Shown: positions 50,840-59,408 of the stretch, piece after piece
Layout: each line of letters opens with the position of its first letter
Numbering within the stretch: the stretch's first letter is position 1
Source: an uncultured Actinomycetes bacterium
GTDB taxonomy: Bacteria > Actinomycetota > Thermoleophilia > Gaiellales > JAICJC01
Direction of reading: 5' to 3'
DNA length: 64,000 nt
Assembly: GCA_963717845.1 (NCBI GenBank)
Contig: CAVQXH010000004.1
Span: 775,257 to 839,256, forward strand
The notes under the pieces: model-generated
What the model saw: the letters and a program-made list of their open reading frames with translations, nothing else
What the model was told of the DNA's origin: nothing
The model's database searches: none
Translations under genes and position numbers: made by a program

Positions 50840-52079
50840 CATGCGGGACGGCCCGCTCGCGGCCCTGTTCAAGGCCACGGAGCGCGCCGAGGCGGCGGTC
50901 GAGGCGGCCCACACGGCCGTCGACGAGGACACGCAGGTCGGGATCGAGGCCGAGCGGCCCCGGGTCGTCGATCTGGGCCCGGCCGACGACGAGTTCGGGT
51001 CGGTGGAGGTGCCGTCGGCCCGCAACACGCCCTACCTGGCGGTGATCCGGGTCGTCGGCGTGGGCGGCGGCGGCTGCAACGCCGTCAACCGCATGGTCGA
51101 CGCCGGCATCGGCGGGGTCGAGTTCATCGCCGTCAACACCGACCTGCAGCAGATGCAGATGTCGGACGCGACCGTCCAGATCCACATCGGCCGCCAGCGC
51201 ACGCAGGGGCTCGGGTCGGGCGCCGATCCCGAGGTCGGCCGGCAGGCCGCCGAGGACTCCCACGACCGCATCAAGACCGCGCTGCGCGGCTCGGACATGG
51301 TGTTCGTGACCGCGGGCGAGGGTGGCGGCACCGGCACCGGCGCCGCGCCGGTCGTGGCCAGGATCGCCCGCGAGGTGGGCGCGCTCACGGTCGCCATCGT
51401 CACGTCGCCGTTCGGCTTCGAGGGCAACCGGCGCAAGTCGCAGGCGAGCGCGGGCGTGCGCGAGCTGCGCGACGCCGCGGACACGCTGATCGTGATCCCC
51501 AACGACCGGCTGCTCGAGGTGCTCGAGAAGGGCACGAGCCTGGTCGAGGCCTTCCGGGTCGCCGACGACGTGCTGCGCCAGGGCGTGCAGGGGATCTGCG
51601 ATCTGATCACCCTGCCGGGGCTGATCAACCTCGACTTCGCCGACGTGCGCACGATCATGTCCGACGCGGGCAGCGCGATGATGGGGATCGGCATGGCCAC
51701 AGGCGCGCACCGCGCCAACGAGGCGGCCACGCACGCGATCCGCAGCCCGCTGATCGACCACGAGGTCAGGGGCGCCCGCGGCATCCTGCTCGCGATCTCG
51801 GGCGGCAGCGACCTGGCCCTGCACGAGGTCAACGAGGCGGCCGAGGTGGTGCGCGCGGCGGCCGACGACGACACGACGATCATCTTCGGCGCGACGGTCG
51901 ACGAGCGGCTGGCCGGACAGCTGTGGGTGACGGTCGTCGCCACCGGCTTCCCGTTGCCGGGCGACGCGCCGCGCACGGGGCTGCGCCCATCGCGCGAGCG
52001 GGTGCCCGAGCGGATCGAGCCGACCCCACGGCCGCCGGCCGAGGACTTCACGCTCGAGCCGCCGAGCTTCCTGAACTAG
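50823..52079 (+). CDS. ftsZ: Cell division protein FtsZ with an ~70-aa N-terminal extension
   Basis: [35 protein letters not shown]-terminal LEPPSFL. Confidence 0.95.
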   Translation: MAKRHSMRDGPLAALFKATERAEAAVEAAHTAVDEDTQVGIEAERPRVVDLGPADDEFGSVEVPSARNTPYLAVIRVVGVGGGGCNAVNRMVDAGIGGVEFIAVNTDLQQMQMSDATVQIHIGRQRTQGLGSGADPEVGRQAAEDSHDRIKTALRGSDMVFVTAGEGGGTGTGAAPVVARIAREVGALTVAIVTSPFGFEGNRRKSQASAGVRELRDAADTLIVIPNDRLLEVLEKGTSLVEAFRVADDVLRQGVQGICDLITLPGLINLDFADVRTIMSDAGSAMMGIGMATGAHRANEAATHAIRSPLIDHEVRGARGILLAISGGSDLALHEVNEAAEVVRAAADDDTTIIFGATVDERLAGQLWVTVVATGFPLPGDAPRTGLRPSRERVPERIEPTPRPPAEDFTLEPPSFLN

Positions 52080-52085
52080 CCGCCT

Positions 52086-52170
52086 GGGGCCTGGCCCCGA
52101 TTGGGGCCTGGCCCCGCTTCTCGCCGGAGGATGGGGACTGTCCCCGCATGGGGACTGTCCCCGCTTTTCG
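52086..52170. repeat. Family B cluster of four palindromes between convergent genes
   Basis: GGGGCCTGGCCCC at 52086 and 52103; GGGGACTGTCCCC at 52133 and 52150. Confidence 0.9.
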
Positions 52171-52175
52171 CCCGG

Positions 52176-52972
52176 TCACACCCGCCGGGCGACGTGCAGC
52201 GCGGCGCCCCAGTGCCGCCGCACCCGGCCGCCGGGGCGCTCGGCCAGGCGGCGGCGGATCTCGGCGTAGAGCCGCTCGCGCTGCCACGGCTGCATCGCGA
52301 TGTGCCCCGAGAACGTCTCGAGCAGGTCGATGTAGGACTCGGCGTCGTAGGTCACCTCCCAGTCGAACTGGGTCACGCTCGCGTCGCTCGAACAGGCCCG
52401 TGGCGACGATCTCGCGGCGCTCGTCGGGCAGCTCGCGCGGCTGCGGCCAGCCGCGCCGCCCGAGCGGCTCGCCGATCTCGTCGTAGACCGCCTGGATCTC
52501 GCGGAAGAACGGGTCGCCGCCGGGCGGGAACACGTGCACGCCGGCCCAGAACGCCAGGTGGCCGCCGGGGCGACAGGAGCTCCCATGCCCGCCGGTAGCG
52601 CAGCTCCGGGTCGGTCCAGTGCCAGGCGGTGGCGGCCACGATCGCGGCGAACGTCGTCCCCCCCTGCGGCCGCCACGTCTCGAACGCGGCGTTCACCACC
52701 TCGACCTGCGGGAACTCGGCCAGGTTGCGGCGCGCGAGCGCGGCCAGCTCGGGACCGAGCTCGACGCAGGTCAGGCGCAGACCGCGCTCGGCCAGCGGGC
52801 GGGTGGCCTTCCCGGTGGCGCAGCCGATCTCGAGCACGTGGTCGCCCGGGGCGAGGGCCGCCTGCCGCATGAGCACGTCGAAGAGCGTGCACGGATACGC
52901 CGGCCGGGCGCGGTCGTAGCGCTCGGCCACCGAGTCGAAGGTCGCGCGCCGCGACTCACGATCGTCCGCCAT
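52176..52972 (-). CDS. Class I SAM-dependent methyltransferase, apparent frameshifts
   Basis: FDSVAERYDRARPAYP, LEIGCATG, ATAWHW; C-terminus continues in other frames. Confidence 0.8.
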
Positions 52973-53937
52973 GCGCGGGATTGTGCTGCATACGGCCGCG
53001 CAGGCGGGCGGCTCCCGCTGCGCCGATCAGGAGGACGACCACCGCCGTGAGGCCGATCACAAGGGCCGAGGACGACGATGATGACGGCCGTGCGGTCACG
53101 GCGCGGGCGGCCGATGCGGTCCGGAACCGCCGCAGGTCGATCGTGGCGACGGTGTGGGCGCCCGACCGCACGAGGAGCTTCGTGCCTCTGTCGGCAAGGC
53201 GCAGTGCGCATCGCCATCACGTTGCGATGGCGCAGGCCGGGCAGGTCGATGCAGTGCGCGGTGCGATTGCCGGTGTCGAGTGCGTGCACGAACGCGCCGT
53301 CCTCGCCGCCCTCGTAGAGCGTGTAGGCCCAGCCGCCGCCCGGCGCCTGCAGGCGGGAGGTCGGGATGCCGTCCATGCGCCACTCGCCGGTCGATCGGTC
53401 GGCGATCACGCCCGGGAGCAGGCGCCCGGAGCGCAGGTCGTAGGCGCGCACCGTGTAGCGGGTGACGTTGCTGGCCGACGCGTGCTGGGTCAGGTAGAGC
53501 GTCGCGCCGTCGGGTGAGAGCGCGTCGAACGCGAACACTCCGGGCAGGGTGACGCGGGCCCGCACGTGCAGGTCGCGGGTCGAGACGACGACGAACTCGG
53601 TGTGGTGGGGGAAGGGCGGCGCGTCCCAGGGCGCGAGCACGAGGCTCGAGCTGTGCGCCGGCAGCAGCTCGGTGCTGCCGTCGTAGGCCACCTCGGGGAT
53701 CCCGAACCGGCCCGGCACGGACGTTGAGCGGAGCGTGGCTCCGCCCGGTGCGACCTCGGTGATCCGCGTCCCGAGGCCGCCCGGCGCGGCCTCGAACCGC
53801 TGCAGGTGCCCCTGCCACGACGCACCGGGGCTGCCGATGATCGCCCCTGGCGACGGCCCCACAGCGAGCGCCCGCCCGGGCAGGACGAGCCCCACCAGTA
53901 GCGCCGCTCCGACCAGCCTCATCCCTCTCGATCGCAT
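52956..53937 (-). CDS. Secreted/membrane-anchored hypothetical protein (beta-propeller-like), frameshift near 53205
   Basis: Signal peptide, FDALSPDG..LYL, FVHALDT..HCIDLP; C-terminal TM in ORF 52956..53171. Confidence 0.65.
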
Positions 53938-54058
53938 GCTCTCCTCCTCGGCCGCGTGCTCCCTGCGTGCATATCCGCCGGGAGGCGGGAAACGTCACGT
54001 CATGCCGATTTGCGGCGGCTTTGCGCCGGCCTCTCACCAACAATTGGTGCCGAATCGC

Positions 54059-54086
54059 TCAAGTTGGGGATGGCATCGGCCGATCG
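54059..54086 (+). promoter_or_regulatory. Putative sigma28/WhiG-like promoter (TCAAG-N15-GCCGATCG)
   Basis: tcaag ttggggatggcatcg gccgatcg upstream of 54152. Confidence 0.55.
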
Positions 54087-54151
54087 GAGGGGACGGACCC
54101 AGCCATCTGGGCCGCACAGGGATTCGCCAGTCACCCAGAAAGGGCTCCATC

Positions 54152-54556
54152 ATGTTCAAGAATATGAAGCGGTCGGTGGGTATCGGGCTCGTGCTCGTCA
54201 TCGCCGCAGTCGCCGTCGGCGCGTACGCGTTCACGGCGAGCAACACGATCGCCGACGGCGGCCAGGCCGGTGTCGGCACCGCCACGATCACCGGCTACTC
54301 GGTCTCGAACGTCCTCTACACGCAGGATTCGACCGACCCCTCGACGTGGTCGTTCGTCGACTTCGACCTCTCGGCCGACGCCACCCAGGTGCAGGTCAAG
54401 CTGGACGACTCGAACGCCGTGCTCCCGAGCAGCGGCTGGATCGACTGCACCGCCGGGTCGAGCACCATCCAGCACGTCTCGCCGTGGCACGTCCACTGCC
54501 AGCTGAGCGGCGTCGACTCGCGCCTCGACACGCTGACGGTCGCCGCTTCCCGGTAG
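54152..54556 (+). CDS. Small secreted protein with a SipW-type signal peptide (putative fibre subunit)
   Basis: MFKNMKRSVGIGLVLVIAAVAVGAYA-FTASNT; Ser/Thr/Asp-rich, two Cys; adjacent to a SipW-type peptidase. Confidence 0.75.
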   Translation: MFKNMKRSVGIGLVLVIAAVAVGAYAFTASNTIADGGQAGVGTATITGYSVSNVLYTQDSTDPSTWSFVDFDLSADATQVQVKLDDSNAVLPSSGWIDCTAGSSTIQHVSPWHVHCQLSGVDSRLDTLTVAASR

Positions 54557-54576
54557 TCCCGGAGCAGCACCCTACG

Positions 54577-54609
54577 CGGAGCGGCGGGAACCCCCCTCCC
54601 GCCGCTCCG
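54577..54609 (+). terminator. 13-bp GC stem-loop between the substrate and signal peptidase genes
   Basis: cggagcggcggga-acccccc-tcccgccgctccg, no U-tract. Confidence 0.65.
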
Positions 54610-54622
54610 TAACCACCTCTTC

Positions 54623-56335
54623 GTGCCTTACTACCTTCCCCGCACCTCCCGCCACCGCCACTGGCGCCCGATCGCGGCGCTGCTCATCGGTCTGGTCGGG
54701 CTGGGTGCGGTCTGGTTCTTCCTCGCCCCGCCGGCGCTCGGCGGCACCACCACCTACGTCATCACCGACGGGGTCAGCATGCAGCCGCGGTTCCACACGG
54801 GCGACCTGGCCATGGTGCGGCCTGTGAGCGACTACCGGGTGGGCGACATCGTCGCCTACCGCAGCCGCCAGCTGCACGTGACCGTCCTGCACCGCATCGT
54901 CGCCGTGACCGCCGACGGCCGCTACATCTTCCGCGGCGACAACAACTCGTGGCGCGATCCCGAGCGGGTCACCCGCGCGCAGCTCATCGGCGCCCTCTGG
55001 TTCGCCGTGCCGGGGCTGGGCGGGCGGCTGCAGCAGCTGCGCTCGCCGACGACCATGGCGATCCTGGCCGGCCTCGCCACGCTGCTCTTGCTGAGCGGAG
55101 CGGGCGCACAGGCGCACCGGCGGCGCAGGCGCCGCCGCGGCCCGGAGCCGAAGTGGCTGCCCGCAAAGACGCCCGCACCCACCGCGGCCCGCATCAGCGG
55201 CTCCTACGGCGGGCTGGCGGTCACGCTGCTCGCCGTCGCCGCCTGCGCAGCGCTGGCGGTCGTCGCATGGAGCACACCGGCCCGGCGCACGGTGCCCACG
55301 CAGGTGAGCTACCGCCAGTCGGGCGCATTCGCCTATGCCGCGAGCACGATCACCGGCCCGGTCTACGACACCGGCCAGGCCACGACGGGCCAGCCGATCT
55401 TCACGCGCCTCGCCGGCCCGGTGCAGGTGCGATTCGCCTACGCGCTCCACGCCCTGCGCGGCGATGGCATCTCGGGGACAGCATCGCTGAGCGCCGTGGT
55501 CGCCTCCCCGAGCGGCTGGACGCGCACGTTCCCGCTCGAGCCGCCGACGGCGTTTGCGGGCCGCCGCACCGTCGTCACGGGGATCGTGCACCTGCGCAAG
55601 CTGGAGCGGTTCCTGCAGCGGGTCGCGACCGCCACCGCCGTCCCCGACGCGAGCTTCACGCTCACGCTCGTGCCCACGGTGCGCGTGCACGGGACGATGG
55701 CCGGGCAGCCGTTCCGGACGAGCTACGCGCCCCCGCTGCCGTTCACGCTGACGCCGCTTGCGCTCTTGCCGCCGCTCCCCGGCGCAGCGGAGGGAGTCGT
55801 GCGACCGCAGTCCGGAGCGGCCGCCGTGTTCCATCCCGGCGCGAACGGGTCGGTCGCGTCCGCGACCCGGGCCTCCGTCGAGCTCGGCGCCGGCCGCCTG
55901 AGCATGCCGGTCGCCGTCGCTCGGATCGCCGCCCTGATCGGGCTCGTCGCCGCACTCGCCGCCGCCGTGCTGGCCGGGCGCCTGCTGCGGCGCACGCGCC
56001 TTTCCGACGAGCCGACCCGCATCCGCGCCCGCTACGGCGAGTCGATCGTCACCGTCGTCCACTCGAGCCTGGGCCGGCACACCGACCTCGTCCAGGTCAA
56101 GAGCATCGAGGAGCTGGCCCGGATCGCGGAGCGCTACGAGAGCATGATCATCCACGAGCAGACCGATCTCGGGCACGCCTATCTGGTCGCCGACGGCGCC
56201 ACGCTCTACGCCTACCTGCTGGAGGCGCCCGGCTCGGAGCGCGGGCTGCGCGACCGGCTCACGTCGGACCGCGCGCCGCGCGCCGGCGCAGCCTCTCCCA
56301 CCTCACGAGGAGTCACGCGTACGATTCCGGCATGA
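54623..56335 (+). CDS. SipW/archaeal-type signal peptidase I fused to a large DUF5305-like domain
   Basis: GVSMQP (Ser), VLHRIV (His), RGDNN..D; extra TMs and C-terminal RYGESIV..IEELARIAE..YLV. Confidence 0.8.
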   Translation: MPYYLPRTSRHRHWRPIAALLIGLVGLGAVWFFLAPPALGGTTTYVITDGVSMQPRFHTGDLAMVRPVSDYRVGDIVAYRSRQLHVTVLHRIVAVTADGRYIFRGDNNSWRDPERVTRAQLIGALWFAVPGLGGRLQQLRSPTTMAILAGLATLLLLSGAGAQAHRRRRRRRGPEPKWLPAKTPAPTAARISGSYGGLAVTLLAVAACAALAVVAWSTPARRTVPTQVSYRQSGAFAYAASTITGPVYDTGQATTGQPIFTRLAGPVQVRFAYALHALRGDGISGTASLSAVVASPSGWTRTFPLEPPTAFAGRRTVVTGIVHLRKLERFLQRVATATAVPDASFTLTLVPTVRVHGTMAGQPFRTSYAPPLPFTLTPLALLPPLPGAAEGVVRPQSGAAAVFHPGANGSVASATRASVELGAGRLSMPVAVARIAALIGLVAALAAAVLAGRLLRRTRLSDEPTRIRARYGESIVTVVHSSLGRHTDLVQVKSIEELARIAERYESMIIHEQTDLGHAYLVADGATLYAYLLEAPGSERGLRDRLTSDRAPRAGAASPTSRGVTRTIPA

Positions 56336-57912
56336 GGGCGGCCGCCGCAGCCGGACATGAGCAGACAGCCCGCACGGCCGCCGCGGTGCTGGCGGACGGG
56401 GGAAACGCGGTCGACGCGACCGTGGCGGCGGCGGCGATGTCGTGGGCGGCCGAGCCTGGCCTGATCAGCCCGTGCGGGGGCGGCTTCCTGCTCGTGCGCC
56501 CGGCCCGCTCGGGCAAGGTGCATCTGCTCGACGCCTTCACGACCATTCCCGGGCACGACCTGCCGCCCGATCGCCGCCTCGGCCGGCCCGACGCCGTCCA
56601 GGTCCCGTTCGACGAGCAGACGACGCAGGTGTTCCACATCGGCGCGGCCGCCTGCGCGGTGCCCGGCGTCGTCGCCGGCCTCGCGGCGGTGCACGGACGC
56701 TTCGGGTCGAAGCCGTGGCGCGACCTGCTGATGCCCGCAGCGGCCGCGGCCAACGAGGGCGTCGCGTCGACCGGCGGCCAGCAGGCGGTGCTGGTCGCGA
56801 TCCAGGTCGTCCTGGAGCACACGGCCGAGGTGCGCGAGGTGTTCGCCCCCGGCGGGCGGTTCGTGCGCGAGGGCGAGCGCGTGCGCCAGCCCGACCTCGC
56901 CGGCACGATCGAGCGGCTGGCCGAGCTCGGCGCGCGCGACTTCTACGACGGCGGCCTGGCGACGGCGATGGTCGACCACCAGCACGCGACCGGCGGGCGG
57001 CTGACGCTGGCCGACCTGGCCCGCTACCGGGCGGTGTGGCGGCGGCCGCTGCGCGTGCCCTATCACGGCCGCCGCGAGATCCTCACCAATCCGCCGCCGT
57101 CGTCCGGCGGCGTGCTGATCGGACACATGCTGGCTGTTCTGCGCGGCGTCCCCGAGCCCCTGCCGCCCGGCCGCGCCCGCACCCTGCGCGCCTACGCCGA
57201 GGCGATGCGCGCGGCTGCGCGGATGCGCGACCGCCGCTTCGAGCAGCTGCTGCACCGGGGCGGCCTCTCCCGGCACATGCTCTCCGACGAGGCGGTCGGC
57301 CGCGGGCAGGCCGCCGTGGCGGCGGCGCTCGCCGGCGCCCCGACGACGGCCGCGGCCGTCCCCTCCGACCACGGCACGACGCACATCTCGGTCGTCGACG
57401 CCGACGGCAACGCCTGCGCATACACGTCGTCGAACGGCTGCCACTCCGGCGTGATCGTGCCCGGCACCGGCCTGCACCTGAACAACATGATGGGCGAGGA
57501 GGACCTGGCCGCGGGGCGGGGGATGCCGCCGGGAACGCGCCTGACGAGCATGCAGGCGCCGACGCTGGTCGTCGGCCCGGACGGGATCGAGCTCGTGGTC
57601 GGATCGAGCGGCTCGAACCGGCTGCGCTCGGCGATCACGCAGGTGGCGATCAACGTCGTCGACCACGGCATGGGCGCCTCCGCGGCCATCAATCACCCCC
57701 GCGTGCACGTCGAGGGCGACCGGCTCGACTGCGAGGGCGGCTTCGACCCGGCCGAGCTCGAGCAGCTCGAGCGCTGGGGCGAGCGCCTGAACCGGTTCCA
57801 GGGCCTCAACCTGTACTTCGGCGGCGCAAACGCCGTGCTCATCCGGTCGGGCCGCACCGAGGCGGCCGGCGACCCGCGCCGCGGCGGCGAGGGGTTCGTG
57901 CTCGACGAATGA
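56332..57912 (+). CDS. ggt: Gamma-glutamyltransferase family protein
   Basis: GGNAVDA, PPPSSGG, GTTHISVVD nucleophile, LNNM, DPRRGG. Confidence 0.9.
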   Translation: MRAAAAAGHEQTARTAAAVLADGGNAVDATVAAAAMSWAAEPGLISPCGGGFLLVRPARSGKVHLLDAFTTIPGHDLPPDRRLGRPDAVQVPFDEQTTQVFHIGAAACAVPGVVAGLAAVHGRFGSKPWRDLLMPAAAAANEGVASTGGQQAVLVAIQVVLEHTAEVREVFAPGGRFVREGERVRQPDLAGTIERLAELGARDFYDGGLATAMVDHQHATGGRLTLADLARYRAVWRRPLRVPYHGRREILTNPPPSSGGVLIGHMLAVLRGVPEPLPPGRARTLRAYAEAMRAAARMRDRRFEQLLHRGGLSRHMLSDEAVGRGQAAVAAALAGAPTTAAAVPSDHGTTHISVVDADGNACAYTSSNGCHSGVIVPGTGLHLNNMMGEEDLAAGRGMPPGTRLTSMQAPTLVVGPDGIELVVGSSGSNRLRSAITQVAINVVDHGMGASAAINHPRVHVEGDRLDCEGGFDPAELEQLERWGERLNRFQGLNLYFGGANAVLIRSGRTEAAGDPRRGGEGFVLDE

Positions 57913-58307
57913 GCGCCCGGGTGATCATCAACGAGCCGAACGCGCTCATGCGAGGGGTGCTCCGCGATGCGCTCGAGGAGCACGGGTTCGCCGTCGTCGC
58001 AGAGTGCGCCGGCCCGGAGGACGTGCTGGCGACGGCCGGCCGCGTCGCCGCCGATGTCCTGATCACCAACGTGCTCATGCGCGGGCCGGTCGCCGACGGC
58101 TACGAGCTCACCGCCCGGCTGCGCGACGACCACCCGCAGCTCGCGGTCTTCATCGTCACGGCCTACCCGGACAGCGAGCACCGTGAGCGGGCACGCAGCG
58201 CCGGTGCGCGCGGGTTCCAGAGCAAGAACGCCGACCTGGACAGCCTCATCGCCGGCCTCACCGCGGTCGCGGCCGGCGGCACGTGGTTCGGCAACGAGCC
58301 GAGCTGA
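57909..58307 (+). CDS. Stand-alone atypical receiver domain protein
   Basis: Receiver fold (DGYEL, IVTAY, AGARGFQSK), but acidic pocket reads NE and the phosphoacceptor position is Asn (VLITNV). Confidence 0.8.
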   Translation: MSARVIINEPNALMRGVLRDALEEHGFAVVAECAGPEDVLATAGRVAADVLITNVLMRGPVADGYELTARLRDDHPQLAVFIVTAYPDSEHRERARSAGARGFQSKNADLDSLIAGLTAVAAGGTWFGNEPS

Positions 58308-58310
58308 CGC

Positions 58311-58937
58311 TCACTCGCCGGTGCGGGGGTGGGCCACCTTGCCGTTCGTGTGCGCCCGCTCGCTGATCTCTGCGGCCGTGGCGAGGTTCTTGAGGGCGAG
58401 GGCGAGCAGCTCGACGATCACCATCAGCCGGCCGCGCTCGCTGCGCTGCTCGAGGATGCGCTGCTTCTCGGGGCCGGGGAACTCGACCCGCGCCGCGATG
58501 GCGTAGGAGACCGGCGCGGCGTCCTGCGCGATGGCCGGGTCGGGCTCGCTGCCCGCGGCGGCGGCGACGCGCTCGTAGAGCTCGATCGCCGCGGCCGCCT
58601 CCTCGCCGGCCTCGAGGTCGTCCTCGGCCGGCTCCACGCGGCCGGTCGAGTACTCGCGGCCGCGGGTCAGCTCGACCACCTGCACGACCTCCTCGCCGCG
58701 CACGACGATGTTCAGGCGGCCGTCGTCGAAGCGCTCGGCCACCTCGACGAGCGCGGCGGTGCAGCCGAGCTCGCGGGTGCCGTCGTCGTCGGCGAAGAGC
58801 AGGGCGAACTCCTGGCCGCGCTCCTCGCAGTCTGCGATCAGCCGCCGGTAGCGCTCCTCGAAGATGTGGAGCGGCATCAGCTCACCCGGGACGAGCACTG
58901 CAGCGAGTGGGAAGAGTCCGATCTCGCGGGCCGACAT
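58311..58937 (-). CDS. Lon N-terminal substrate-binding domain protein
   Basis: LFPL..VLVPG..PLHIFEERY, DGRLNI, EKQRILE. Confidence 0.88.
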   Translation of the reverse strand: MSAREIGLFPLAAVLVPGELMPLHIFEERYRRLIADCEERGQEFALLFADDDGTRELGCTAALVEVAERFDDGRLNIVVRGEEVVQVVELTRGREYSTGRVEPAEDDLEAGEEAAAAIELYERVAAAAGSEPDPAIAQDAAPVSYAIAARVEFPGPEKQRILEQRSERGRLMVIVELLALALKNLATAAEISERAHTNGKVAHPRTGE

Positions 58938-59054
58938 GGCCCCTGTACCTTACCCCGAATCCGCTTGTTTATGCGGTTCTCCGCGCCGCCCCTGTATGGT
59001 CCTCCTGGCGATCGGCGGCGCTCAGCCGTCGTGAGCCGCTATCAGGAGGACGTG

Positions 59055-59345
59055 ATGCACGCGACCATCCGCAGCTACACCGACCCCGGCCTGGCAGACA
59101 TGCTGGCGAGCAACAAGGACGAGGTTGAGGCGCTGATCGGCGCCGTGCCGGGCGTCCAGAGCTACTTCCTCGTCCGCACGTCCGACGGTTGCAGCAGCAT
59201 CACGGTCGGCGACGACGACACGGCCACAACGGCGTCGAGCAAGGCCGCCGCCGACTTTCTCCGCAGCAAGGGCGCCACGGCCACCGCGCCGACGGTTGTG
59301 AGCGGCGAGGTGCTCGCAACCGTGGGCACCCGCGTCACCGCGTAG
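59055..59345 (+). CDS. Small hypothetical protein, ABM-like
   Basis: AGGAGG RBS, MHATIRSY..VPGVQSYFLV..SGEV. Confidence 0.7.
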   Translation: MHATIRSYTDPGLADMLASNKDEVEALIGAVPGVQSYFLVRTSDGCSSITVGDDDTATTASSKAAADFLRSKGATATAPTVVSGEVLATVGTRVTA

Positions 59346-59408
59346 CCCGCTCGACGGCGCCTGCCGGCCCGGCCTCCGGGCCGGCATGGCGTTGGTACGC
59401 TAGGCCCC

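Noticed and set aside
54036-54048. Lone CAATTG upstream of the SipW substrate as a family A repeat
   Set aside because: Single core with no partner at 22-23 bp and no CATCC flank.
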